Virus record (IMG/VR): IMGVR_UViG_3300042517_000342
Coordinates: 1 to 61,203 of that record
Reading direction: 5' to 3' (one strand)
Source of the DNA: a virus
Lineage: Duplodnaviria; Caudoviricetes
Length of the DNA stretch: 61,203 nt
Shown here: in pieces, positions 26,201 through 34,741 of the stretch
Position numbering within the stretch: the stretch's first letter is position 1
Layout of the letters: each line of letters starts with the position of its first letter
Notes under the pieces: model-generated
What the model was told of the DNA's origin: nothing
Seen by the model: the letters and a program-made list of their open reading frames with translations, nothing else
The model's database searches: none
Translations under genes and position numbers: made by a program

Positions 26201-29200
26201 GCTGGAGAGGGCGGCCTAGTCATGCCGTTGTACGCCTCTGTAAAATCTCCGTATGTGGTGGAAGCGTCTTCAAAAGAAAGAAGCATTCTAAACGACCTCT
26301 CTCCAAAGGAGATGACAGATAAACTAAAAAGGTTGGGCTTTGATGGTGTTGTGGTTGAACTTAACGGGGAGGTTCAAACAGTCGTAGCGTTTGACCCTGA
26401 GCAAGTTAAATCCGCCACAGGGAATCAAGGGTCTTTTGATCCGACCAGCCCTGACATTAGGCGGTCAGCCTCTCGTCAAAACAACAACCCCGACGTAGCC
26501 CAAGCCCGGAAGCAAGTCCTTGGTGAAGACACCTCTTTGCTCACCCGTCAAATCCAAAAGCGGACCAGTCCTTTTTCCACGACAGGACACTACGCCCGTA
26601 AGTTTGACTACTACTTGAGCCGGCTCTTTTCCTCTAAGCGAGGGGCTACCAAGTCCACCGCCGAGGCGATGAGTTATCTAGGGGGTGTTAAAGAGCGGAT
26701 GGATGCAGAGGTGACTCCGGCGATCAACCGTCTTCGAGACACACTCAGAGCGTTGAAAGGTCGTCCCAACTTCCAAGCTATCGTTGACGATGTCAACAAG
26801 GTCTTGAAAGGAGAGATGAAGATTGAAGACTCCAAGGTCATCTTGCCAGAGATCAGGGAGCGAGTCACTGATTCGGTAAAGGAAGGTCGTCGGGTAATTG
26901 ACAAGTTCTCAATGGAGATTGGCAACGAGGTGGCACGCTCTTACGAGGGACGTGACATGCCCGAAAGTGTTGTCTCTAAGCTGGAAACTATCAAGTCTCA
27001 GATTGGCAAATATGTTTCCCGTACGTACATGTCCGACTTGAAAAAGAAGTACGCCGACGAGGTGTGGAACAACTTTACCAAGGGTGTACCCGAAGCGGTA
27101 GCCACAGTCCAACCCCTTTTGAACAGGCTGACCAAAGAGATCACGGAGCTTCCCTCCGTTCTTGAGGCAGCTCGTCAAGAGGCAGCAGACCTGTCCTCGG
27201 GGAGAGCGCAGTTCTCCCCGGAGGATACGTTCACAGGCAACCAGCTTCGTCGTATGTACGAGAACTACATCGGCTCCAGCCAAGGTCGTACCAAGCAAGA
27301 TATGATCGAGGCTCTCGATAAGTTCTCCAAGGCGGCGGACAAGGACATCGGGGCGGAAGCCCGTCGAGTTGTCCAAGAGATCATGGGCGTGGGTAAGGGC
27401 GTGTCTTCTCTTGCTCAATACTACCGTGGCCTGCGGTCCAATGACAACCCGTTGAAGAGTCGCTCGTCCATCCCCGAAGAAATCCTCAAGGTGTGGGGCG
27501 AGGTTGGTGATCCGATCCTCAATCTAGTGAACACCTCTCAACGGATGGCTACCTTGCTCTCCGGTCTGAAGGCAAGTAACCTGTTGGCCGAGACAACCCC
27601 GGAGGCGTTCTCCGACAAGTACGATGCTGACTCGGGCAAGACTTCTCAGATTCCGAACAACCCGGTGGCCTATGGTCAACTCGCAGGTAAGTACACGGAC
27701 GAAGGAACCTTTGGCTTGATTGCAGGCCAGATGGAGATGGGCACTGCCCTTCTGTTTGGTAAGCCGATTGATCCGGGTCGTCTTGGTCGTAGGGGTGGTG
27801 AGCTTACACTCAACACGCTGGCAGCGATCACTCGCTATCAGAAGCTCATGGGTATTGTGACCAACCTGTATACGTTCTTGAGCAACGCCACGAACATGGT
27901 TGCCTTTCCTCTTATCAACGGGAACTTCTCTCCGAAGAACTCCGCGACGGCGGCGAAGGTTGCTGGTAAGTTGGTGGGTTCAGGGTTCCGATCTGACAAG
28001 ACTGATCCCTTGGTGCTTGAAGTTCTGGAGATGGGGATTATTGACCCAGTGTTGACCCAAGCTCAGGATGTCATCAACCAGCGTACCAAAGAAGCTCGGG
28101 CTATGCGGCGGTTCCGTGTCCTTGGAGATGTCGGCACCTCCACAAAGAGCTTCTTTACCAACATCTGGGATACGGGGCTTGAAGGGTCAGCGGTGCTTGA
28201 GACGTTCCCGAAGATTTGGAACTACCTCAACGCCAAGGAGACGATGCGGAAGATTTACCCCGATCTCTCCGAGACGGACATCAAGCGGCTGGCCGCCGAG
28301 GAAACCAACCGCCTGAACCTGACTTACGCACGAGTACCGGAGATTGTCAAGGCCACCGAAACTCTGGGTGTCTCCTACGTAGCTGGCTACATGCAGCAGG
28401 TGTTGGCTACGAGCTGGTACAGCGCCTCCTCTGGTGCCCGCCAAGCCATCGAAGGAATCCGCTCAGGAAACACCGAGCTTGCCAAGTATGGCTTGAAGAA
28501 GATTGCAGGGTCTTCGATGGCCTACGCTCTCGGCACCTACGTCCTGACCGCAGCAGCAGAGGCGATGGGTTGGATTGGTGAGGACGATGATGACCCGGAT
28601 GCTCGGGCCTTCTTTGAGTCCTTGCCCTTCCTTGAGCAAGGTCAGCAGCCCATGATTGTCCGAGTAGAAGATGACGGCACTGTGATCTACACGGACATCG
28701 GACGACTCAACCCGCTTGACTCAACTCACTCCGTGATCCGAGCAACTGTCCAAGGGTTCGTTGCTCTCAGCAAGGGAGACGCGGAGGCAGCGGAGGAGGC
28801 TGTGGCGGGGGCTTGGTCGAACCTAAGTTCTCAGTTCACCGGGGGCGGTCCTGTGTCGGATGTCCTTATCCGCACAGTACAAGGAACTCCGATGCCTCGT
28901 GCGATGGAGAACGATGCCAAGTGGCTTCACGACTACATCGTGGAGACGATGGACTATCTTCCCCTTATCGACCGAGACAGAGCCTCGAACATCGCGAACG
29001 CATCGTGGCAGTTGTTTGCGCCTGCGATGGCTAAAGGCCCGCTTCGCCAGAACCAGTTGGAGGAAGCAAACCCTGAGACGTTTGGTGCTCCCTTGATGGC
29101 TTTGGCCTTGAACGTCCGAGCCCCAGTCAACATCCACAACCCATTCCTCAACATCCAGCAGCAAGCTGAGTTCGCTTACTCCAAGGACTCTCGCGTCGGG

Positions 29201-29644
29201 GTTGAGTCTCTCAAGGAGATTCTATCCTCGACCGATGACATCTCTAAGGATGAGATCAAAGCTCAAATCCAAGATGTCATCGACGCAGAGGCCGAGGCGT
29301 TCAATGAACTTGGAACGGCAGTTCGAGGTGCTCGATATGCCGGACGTATGGCTGGGTTGTCTGAGTCTGCTATCCGAACAGGTATCCAAGCGGCTTTGAA
29401 GAACGGCAATGTCCGAGAGGACAACGCCCGAGCTATTGCCCAAGGAACAGCAGAGTTCAAGCCTCTCATCCTCGGAGACTCGTGGGGGACTGACGCCATC
29501 CAGACGGAACTCAACCGGATGAGGGGTGCCACCCGAGCAGCACGAGCCGAGCGGCAAGCTCAGATGGAACGGAGACTGGCTGAGATTAGGCAAGTGATGG
29601 CTGAGATGCAACCGCGTCGTCGGGTATCTCTCGACAACCTTTAA
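23237..29644 (+). CDS. Giant internal virion / polyvalent protein with an HEXXH metallopeptidase-like domain and an ART-PolyVal-like domain
   Basis: 2135 aa; TLHEIVH...LYEF; FKRWFDGS..V..DG.P.VVYHGT...GIYMT...LGFDGV...AFDPEQVKSATGN.G.FD. Confidence 0.8.
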   Translation: MTRIEQIQQALARARAAGDNEAAAEIEFLLAREQGEQALRVNAANPSSVNLTQEQIDERQREAVRRAEAANRAAPLPATPPSADETTIGSLAEAGGAGILDQLQQAGSFIGATVVDPVQNAIEWAEAGLVGREPRYRNRLEESRQISENLRQGLGEMSTAEQVAFGAGSAAGMIPETLVGGGLIRQGTRAGTALLNEGAETAAEFALRQTREGAAATSLLAPRLGAQTSAEAEAAGATPLEATVAGAADTLGTMLTAGLPISARGGLAKRTATGAVGGVAAEAGVQGAVNPLLPEELAAQRDLTDPTNLTTAAGLGALMGAAFGTRPAPKLSDAARDLAAMRDAEVARGIESAQELPAVAQAERAIAELMSNLPEGGLDLETRRGEASTLLDTTPVIEEPAGPSSPFLPRSDRVNLEARQGEASTLLDVPTEVVAEPQGPVSVLPGVRPQEALALDTPRGEASPIEGPEATRMRFEAQRVDAEEQTAFLQNEKQTLLQNPTRENRVRVKEIDRELGRQAIRRAVAVNALSNPPSVQSAPVEAPAPELPLTRQARVSTLDEARSLSQPIQQPEATTPAPLPQTAPTAPLTRAERVAQRTVAEQVLNPETGQMETVVEAAISPEDTRRKGIEDFFSGATTEQTAAVRQDQAAGLTNRSVDPRLEAAAAAIANRTVPPEQRRVTPLRAALGRAKTAWDALAGVRAAVARGENPNIERYDRLIQVLSTEDMKDVEFKLLQPETEATTEAQRRVKEGIGIDKYTKGLHEVDNATGKQSVVITGDGYAGRDGTKSVETTLHEIVHAKGTKAIREVLNGTEKDERIVKAVKNYENIRKEVRKADRKDLTRDEAEAVDYATENLYEFHSGAMTNPLVQSAMKKEGFFKRWVNTIRVLIGVPRSQKSALDEVLDAAYAIVDAVNTVNAERPSPQNQTNTSAFKRWFDGSSIVNDDGSPRVVYHGTRADFSEFRPGNGSYGTGIYMTPSREFAGATYGAGEGGLVMPLYASVKSPYVVEASSKERSILNDLSPKEMTDKLKRLGFDGVVVELNGEVQTVVAFDPEQVKSATGNQGSFDPTSPDIRRSASRQNNNPDVAQARKQVLGEDTSLLTRQIQKRTSPFSTTGHYARKFDYYLSRLFSSKRGATKSTAEAMSYLGGVKERMDAEVTPAINRLRDTLRALKGRPNFQAIVDDVNKVLKGEMKIEDSKVILPEIRERVTDSVKEGRRVIDKFSMEIGNEVARSYEGRDMPESVVSKLETIKSQIGKYVSRTYMSDLKKKYADEVWNNFTKGVPEAVATVQPLLNRLTKEITELPSVLEAARQEAADLSSGRAQFSPEDTFTGNQLRRMYENYIGSSQGRTKQDMIEALDKFSKAADKDIGAEARRVVQEIMGVGKGVSSLAQYYRGLRSNDNPLKSRSSIPEEILKVWGEVGDPILNLVNTSQRMATLLSGLKASNLLAETTPEAFSDKYDADSGKTSQIPNNPVAYGQLAGKYTDEGTFGLIAGQMEMGTALLFGKPIDPGRLGRRGGELTLNTLAAITRYQKLMGIVTNLYTFLSNATNMVAFPLINGNFSPKNSATAAKVAGKLVGSGFRSDKTDPLVLEVLEMGIIDPVLTQAQDVINQRTKEARAMRRFRVLGDVGTSTKSFFTNIWDTGLEGSAVLETFPKIWNYLNAKETMRKIYPDLSETDIKRLAAEETNRLNLTYARVPEIVKATETLGVSYVAGYMQQVLATSWYSASSGARQAIEGIRSGNTELAKYGLKKIAGSSMAYALGTYVLTAAAEAMGWIGEDDDDPDARAFFESLPFLEQGQQPMIVRVEDDGTVIYTDIGRLNPLDSTHSVIRATVQGFVALSKGDAEAAEEAVAGAWSNLSSQFTGGGPVSDVLIRTVQGTPMPRAMENDAKWLHDYIVETMDYLPLIDRDRASNIANASWQLFAPAMAKGPLRQNQLEEANPETFGAPLMALALNVRAPVNIHNPFLNIQQQAEFAYSKDSRVGVESLKEILSSTDDISKDEIKAQIQDVIDAEAEAFNELGTAVRGARYAGRMAGLSESAIRTGIQAALKNGNVREDNARAIAQGTAEFKPLILGDSWGTDAIQTELNRMRGATRAARAERQAQMERRLAEIRQVMAEMQPRRRVSLDNL

Positions 29645-29668
29645 CACAATCAAGGAGGCTTAGAACCG

Positions 29669-30571
29669 ATGATCGGTGGTCAATTCAACACTAAGCCCGG
29701 TATGGGATCGGGGGCGCAAGCCCCCCTTCCCTCCGGGGGTATGCAAGGCGGGAGTGCCACACTCCAACAGAACATCCAGCAACGAGTCCCCAACCAAGGC
29801 CAGTTCAACGGGAACCCTCGGGGCGTGTACAACACCAACTTCCGAGGTCAAGGCAACGCTCCGTCGTACATGCAACAGACCAACCTTGGTCGGTACGTAC
29901 CTCCGACGATGAGTGACGGTGGGCGGTTTGGATTCAACTCAAACCAGTGGAACAACTTTGGTGGGTACGACTACAACCTTCCGGGTTCCTACGGTAGCCC
30001 GCAGGGCGGTGGTCAGTTTGCCCCGATGCCGGGCCAGTTTGCCCAGTACATGAACCCGAACATGCTGTCGGGGAATACGTTTGCGTACAACGATCCGTTT
30101 GCTGCAACAATGCTGGGTGGTATGAATATGCAACCATACCGAGATCGGGCCATGCAAGAGGCAATCCGAAACTTTGGCGGTGGTCGGCAGCAGTTGCAGG
30201 ATATGGCACGACCCGCTGTTGTGGGATGGCGTCCAGAACAAGGCATGTCTTTCTCTGATCAAGAGTTCGGTCAACCCCGGATGAGGGCCGGGTTTGGCTC
30301 TTACGACCCGGGCGGCTCCCTCTACCAAGACCCCCGAGAACGAGAGCAGTTTAGTGCCTATCTCAGACAAATGAACGAACTCGGCCAACAGATGCCCCCC
30401 GGTAAGGACGGTCGCCCGCTCCAGACGGGCTTCGCCCCTATGCCCGGACCTCGCGCTCCTCGGGACAATCGGGCTGGTCCGATGATGGAAGACATCCCGG
30501 CCTATGACCGACCCGAGAACCGCTCGTACAACATGAACGCTTTGTACCAGATGATGGGTGGATGGGGATAA
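29669..30571 (+). CDS. Low-complexity G/Q/N/M/F/Y-rich protein
   Basis: 300 aa, AAGGAGG SD, in operon. Confidence 0.7.
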   Translation: MIGGQFNTKPGMGSGAQAPLPSGGMQGGSATLQQNIQQRVPNQGQFNGNPRGVYNTNFRGQGNAPSYMQQTNLGRYVPPTMSDGGRFGFNSNQWNNFGGYDYNLPGSYGSPQGGGQFAPMPGQFAQYMNPNMLSGNTFAYNDPFAATMLGGMNMQPYRDRAMQEAIRNFGGGRQQLQDMARPAVVGWRPEQGMSFSDQEFGQPRMRAGFGSYDPGGSLYQDPREREQFSAYLRQMNELGQQMPPGKDGRPLQTGFAPMPGPRAPRDNRAGPMMEDIPAYDRPENRSYNMNALYQMMGGWG

Positions 30572-30574
30572 GTT

Positions 30575-31264
30575 ATGAGCCAAGCACCTATCCCATCTAA
30601 CATGGAGGGGGACCGTAGAGGCTCCCCTTACGCTTGGTATCGAACAGCGTTCAACCCCCGGCTTATGGCGTCCGAGTTGATGATGGGTGCTCTGCCTATG
30701 GGGGTTGGAGTTGCTGATAGGTTCACCGGAAACCGAATCCAGAACTTCACGGATAGGATGTCTGGGGCCACCCTTGCTCGTAACCAGCAAGAAACAAATG
30801 CGTACATGCGTCAGCTCATGAGGAATGACCCCGGCTATGAGCAGTACGGAATCGGCCAACGTCTTCGCAACTGGGCTCGTAATCTCTTTGGAGGAGATGA
30901 CAATCAAGGTGCTACCGGACCAGCACCTATCCCTCAAATGAATCCGTCCCGTCCCTATGCGGCTTCGTCTCCTGTGTTTCAAGGGAATCCCTTCGGATTC
31001 GGCAGCCAACAGTTCCACCAGTTCGCTCCCTCTCTTGCACCACAGCCACTCTATGGAACAGGCCAAGGCATGATGAGAGCCCAGCCAGCTCCTCTCTACG
31101 GGACAGGTCAGGGAATGATGAGGGCACCGACGACAAGTGGATCGCAAGGCGAGGGTGGTAGTCAAGGGGGCTCTAGTAGTGGCGGGGGTGCCTCAAGCGG
31201 GGGTGGTGTTCTTAGCCCCGGTGGGAGACTCCTTTCCCACGGAGTTGCGACCCGGATTCGGTAA
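30575..31264 (+). CDS. Low-complexity G/Q/M/P-rich protein with an internal peptide repeat
   Basis: 229 aa; PLYGTGQGMMRA twice with synonymous-only DNA differences. Confidence 0.75.
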   Translation: MSQAPIPSNMEGDRRGSPYAWYRTAFNPRLMASELMMGALPMGVGVADRFTGNRIQNFTDRMSGATLARNQQETNAYMRQLMRNDPGYEQYGIGQRLRNWARNLFGGDDNQGATGPAPIPQMNPSRPYAASSPVFQGNPFGFGSQQFHQFAPSLAPQPLYGTGQGMMRAQPAPLYGTGQGMMRAPTTSGSQGEGGSQGGSSSGGGASSGGGVLSPGGRLLSHGVATRIR

Positions 31265-31308
31265 GCCCAAATACACACGTACAAACAAGACAAGGAGAAC
31301 ATTCGCAC

Positions 31309-32331
31309 ATGTCGTACACTCAAGAGTTTCCCGCTCCGGCACGAGGCAACCGGCCCACTCCAATCGTACTGATTGATCCGTCAACTGGGTTGGCCTACGC
31401 GGCGGGTGGGGGTAGCGGTCCCACCTTGGGACAGGCCACCTCGGCTAACTCCAGCCCCGTGGTCATCGCCTCGGATCAGTCCACTCTTTCGGTTAATCAA
31501 CCGAGCGTATCCGCCACGGGGACTATCACGGTAGTTAACTCATCCCCGACCAGCGGTGCTGGTACTGCGGGTTCAAGCGTCCCTCTCACCCTCAACGGAG
31601 CCACGGGCTTTGCCGTGGATGTCCGAGGTACGTGGACAGGTACCCTTACGTTCCAAGGAACTATCAACGGAACCGATTGGTTCTCTATTGCAGTGCTCCC
31701 CGCTGGCGGTTCGGTCAACGTTGCTTCGGTGACTACGACAACTGCCAACGGTGCGTGGGTGGGCCATGCTTCCGGTATGCTTCAAGTCCGGGCCACGGCT
31801 ACGGCAGCTGTCACCGGCACGGCCACTCTCGTCGTTCGAGCCATGCAAGCTCCGGGTATTGTAGCCACGATCCCCACGGGCCAGACCACTCAGGTTGTCT
31901 CGGGATCGGTTACAGCCAACATCGGTACGGGCTCCCTTGCGGCAGGTACTAACGCCATCGGCGATGTGGGTATCCAGTATCGAGGTAACGCCACGGGCGC
32001 TGGTACGGCTACTAACTTCGTTGCAGCAGGCTCTACCAACGCCGCAGTCCTTAAGGCTTCGCCGGGCCGTCTCCTTGGGTTCCAGCTAACCAACAACGCC
32101 ACCGCTGTTCGGTACGTCAAGTTCCACAACCAGACCACCACCCCGACCGCTGGTTCGGGTGTTGTCCAGACCTACGGTATCCCCCCGAACGGAGGCACTG
32201 TCACGTTGTCTGTGCCGGGTGGTATCGGGTTTGCTACGGGTATTGCTTACACCACCGTCACGGGTGCTGCTGCGGCAGACACCACGGCTGTTACCGCCAA
32301 CGATATTGTTGGCACCTTTCACTGGGCTTAA
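31309..32331 (+). CDS. Tail fibre/spike-like protein
   Basis: LGQATSANSSPVVIASDQS, GTWTGTLTFQGTINGTDW, KASPGRLLG...N.ATAVRYVKF...GIGFATGI. Confidence 0.75.
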   Translation: MSYTQEFPAPARGNRPTPIVLIDPSTGLAYAAGGGSGPTLGQATSANSSPVVIASDQSTLSVNQPSVSATGTITVVNSSPTSGAGTAGSSVPLTLNGATGFAVDVRGTWTGTLTFQGTINGTDWFSIAVLPAGGSVNVASVTTTTANGAWVGHASGMLQVRATATAAVTGTATLVVRAMQAPGIVATIPTGQTTQVVSGSVTANIGTGSLAAGTNAIGDVGIQYRGNATGAGTATNFVAAGSTNAAVLKASPGRLLGFQLTNNATAVRYVKFHNQTTTPTAGSGVVQTYGIPPNGGTVTLSVPGGIGFATGIAYTTVTGAAAADTTAVTANDIVGTFHWA

Positions 32332-32348
32332 TAAGGAGACGTACACAC

Positions 32349-32618
32349 ATGGCTACCAAGACTGTTGACCTGTTGCTTGAAGTTCGGGATGAAGAGGGTG
32401 TGGTGAATGTCACCCACCCGGCTATCGGCACCACCGAAGACGAGGGTGTGACGGTTGTCATTCCCCTTGGCTACATCCCTCCACTCCCCGGAGCGCCTAT
32501 CGCTGACCTGCGAATGACCTTGCTGCCCCTTCCTGAGCCTGTGTTCCCGACTGCCCTTATCTCTCGGGTGGATGACTTCGAGGCGGGCACGAGCACCTTG
32601 ACCTTCTCGTTCGAGTAA
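32349..32618 (+). CDS. Hypothetical protein
   Basis: AAGGAG SD; 89 aa. Confidence 0.6.
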   Translation: MATKTVDLLLEVRDEEGVVNVTHPAIGTTEDEGVTVVIPLGYIPPLPGAPIADLRMTLLPLPEPVFPTALISRVDDFEAGTSTLTFSFE

Positions 32619-32677
32619 GAGGAAGTAGAGGTACTTGGTAAGTATTACACATTTCACAGGGGAGTGAAAAAGAACAA

Positions 32678-32992
32678 ATGGATTTGTCACCATCGTTACT
32701 TGAGAGCCTAATCATGCTCGCCATCGGAGGTGTTTGTTTCTGGTTATGGCACTTGAAGGGCAAGGCCGAGGATGTCCGAGATGAGGCGGACAAGAAGATC
32801 AAAGAGGTTCGTGATAGTATGCATGAGCTAGAGAAGAAGTTGATTGCCGAGTACGCCTCTAAGGCTGATCTCAAGGAGGTGGTGAGAGAGTCACTCGCCC
32901 CTTTGAAGGAAGCCATGCAAGAGTTAAAGGGAGACTTGAGGGCGACTATCGCGGCGATTGATGGTTATAAGAAGTGGGGACCACCCGAGTGA
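32678..32992 (+). CDS. Putative holin (single TM plus coiled coil)
   Basis: TM LIMLAIGGVCFWLW; YASKADL motif; upstream of the spanins. Confidence 0.55.
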   Translation: MDLSPSLLESLIMLAIGGVCFWLWHLKGKAEDVRDEADKKIKEVRDSMHELEKKLIAEYASKADLKEVVRESLAPLKEAMQELKGDLRATIAAIDGYKKWGPPE

Positions 32993-33336
32993 TACTCCCC
33001 ACCTTACCCAACAAGTACCTCGTGATTGGGCTTGGGGTTCTCCTTGTGGTTGGACTCGTGTACTCGTGGGGATACCACAAAGGATACGAGTCTCAAGCCA
33101 AATCAACAGAGAGGGCCTTAGGGAAGCTCCTAGAGGCCGAGAAGGCTCTTGCCCTACGGGCGTCCCAGCAAGCAGCCCAAGACGCTCAGAAGATTGCACA
33201 GAGCGTTGTAGAGGGGGACAACCTACGGAGGGAATACGAACGTGCCCCAGTCCATCAAAGTGATCCTGTTAATTGCATTAGCCCTGAGCAGCGTAGGTTG
33301 CTTCAAGAGGCAGCAAGTCGTACCGCCTCCGAGTAG
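32989..33336 (+). CDS. i-spanin (Rz-like)
   Basis: N-terminal TM, GYHKG, coiled coil, C-terminal Cys. Confidence 0.75.
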   Translation: MILPTLPNKYLVIGLGVLLVVGLVYSWGYHKGYESQAKSTERALGKLLEAEKALALRASQQAAQDAQKIAQSVVEGDNLRREYERAPVHQSDPVNCISPEQRRLLQEAASRTASE

Positions 33337-33511
33337 GCATTGCGACTACGTACCGGAGATTGTGCTCCAACCGTGTGATAGTCTCACGTTCGATGAGACG
33401 TTGCCGGTGGGTCAAGCCATGTTGAACTGGGCCTTGGAGTACAACCAGTGCAAGATGAAACACGAAGTGTTGAGAGCGTGTGTCGAGGCGGACAAACCAA
33501 AGAAGAAGTAG
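33242..33511 (+). CDS. o-spanin lipoprotein (Rz1-like)
   Basis: Signal peptide with lipobox SSVG-C; overlaps the i-spanin 3' end; P..LQPC...YNQC...H. Confidence 0.8.
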   Translation: MPQSIKVILLIALALSSVGCFKRQQVVPPPSRHCDYVPEIVLQPCDSLTFDETLPVGQAMLNWALEYNQCKMKHEVLRACVEADKPKKK

Positions 33512-33519
33512 CGGAAACG

Positions 33520-33575
33520 AAAAAGGGGTCGAGCTAGTTGGAGAATTAACTCCTTCCGGCTCGACCCCTTTCTTG
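33520..33575. terminator. Bidirectional terminator between the convergent genome arms
   Basis: AAAGGGGTCGAGC / GCTCGACCCCTTT 13-bp stem with A and T tracts. Confidence 0.85.
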
Positions 33576-33582
33576 TTTGTGC

Positions 33583-33789
33583 CTATCGGTGACGGAGATC
33601 GTATAGAATCGAGCCAACCGTCTTGCCGTTTTCTGTGTAGCGACTACCTTTAAGGATCAAATCAACGTAAGGAGACATGTCAGACACCTTGCCCTCCTCG
33701 TGTGCAAGTATCAACATCATCCCACAAGTCTCTTTCCAATCCGGCCATCGGCCACGGTGGCGCTTGAACTCCACACGGGCGCTCTTCAT
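33583..33789 (-). CDS. Hypothetical protein
   Basis: 68 aa, tightly packed operon. Confidence 0.55.
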   Translation of the reverse strand: MKSARVEFKRHRGRWPDWKETCGMMLILAHEEGKVSDMSPYVDLILKGSRYTENGKTVGSILYDLRHR

Positions 33790-33790
33790 T

Positions 33791-34135
33791 TCAATGCACC
33801 CTCTTCAACCGAACCGTGGGTTCGTACACCTTCTCACTTTCGTGGTGGTACACCTCGGAGAGAAGACGCTCCTCAATTCCGTCGCCCACTTTGATGAGAA
33901 ACCTGATCTCATCGGGGGCTTGGCTTCCCGGTTTGGCGTAGACCGTGCAGCCAATGCAATCTCGAATCCAGAAGAACGGATGGAAGGTGTGGCCCGGATT
34001 AGCAAACAAGACCGAGTAGTTTTGGCCCTCTAGGACGTACACCGGAGGGGTGTCACCCATGTCGATGTGGATACCTCCGGAGAGTTCCTCGTCCTCCTCG
34101 GGGATGTTGGTGTCGTCGGTGGTGTCGTCACTCAT
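33791..34135 (-). CDS. Hypothetical protein
   Basis: 114 aa, GGAGG SD. Confidence 0.65.
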   Translation of the reverse strand: MSDDTTDDTNIPEEDEELSGGIHIDMGDTPPVYVLEGQNYSVLFANPGHTFHPFFWIRDCIGCTVYAKPGSQAPDEIRFLIKVGDGIEERLLSEVYHHESEKVYEPTVRLKRVH

Positions 34136-34283
34136 CGGTCTTTCCCTCCGGCTTCTTTGGCAAAGCCTTTGCTAGATTCTGAGATGCTTTTACTTGACGA
34201 TGGAACATCTCAGATGAGAACAAAACCTTCTCACTTACCTTGATAGCTCCTCCGGGTCTAAGCTCGAAGAGCGGACTACTCAT
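34128..34283 (-). CDS. Small hypothetical (51 aa, MSSPLFELRPGG...), not in the ORF track
   Basis: Read manually; fills the gap with overlaps at both ends. Confidence 0.5.
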   Translation of the reverse strand: MSSPLFELRPGGAIKVSEKVLFSSEMFHRQVKASQNLAKALPKKPEGKTDE

Positions 34284-34563
34284 CTCGACTTTCCTCCTCG
34301 CTATCAGGCTCAGCCCAGTATTCGTGTTCCTCTGGGAAATCTCCAGTCACTGTCTCTAGCAAATTCCGAGCTTGGCGGGCAAGCCGGACAATCTCCTCGA
34401 CAGCTTCCTCAATCTCTCCGAGGTCGTTCTCTCGGACGTTGATTCGGATACTGATGTCCTCGATCCGATCTACAACATCAAGGGCTTCGTAGATTGCGTA
34501 GGTATCGCAGCTTTGCACAAAGCTTTCCTCTTGTTCTTCGTAGGTTTGAAATCTGTTACTCAT
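34276..34563 (-). CDS. Acidic hypothetical protein
   Basis: 95 aa, AAGGAGG SD. Confidence 0.65.
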   Translation of the reverse strand: MSNRFQTYEEQEESFVQSCDTYAIYEALDVVDRIEDISIRINVRENDLGEIEEAVEEIVRLARQARNLLETVTGDFPEEHEYWAEPDSEEESRDE

Positions 34564-34741
34564 AGTCGGTGACCTCCTTATCGTTATCGTGAGGCAGATA
34601 GCTCACTCGGATGAGACTATATCCGCACGATGCAAGGGTGTCAACAACCGTGTGACACCCCGGTCCTCCGTGGTACATCCCCGCGATGAAGTCCGTGAAG
34701 TCGTCGTCCTCTACGACTCGGCCGATTAGGGCTAGGTACAT
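34556..34741 (-). CDS. Hypothetical protein
   Basis: 61 aa, overlaps its neighbours. Confidence 0.5.
   Translation of the reverse strand: MYLALIGRVVEDDDFTDFIAGMYHGGPGCHTVVDTLASCGYSLIRVSYLPHDNDKEVTDYE

Noticed and set aside
32655-32668. TCAC-AGGGGA-GTGA hairpin at the holin SD as another CsrA site
   Set aside because: The loop does not fit ANGGAN; it may still occlude the SD but is not counted in the set
2038-33511. Stop-codon reassignment or alternative genetic code
   Set aside because: Core genes are full length in the standard code, use all three stops, and the only tRNA is not a suppressor
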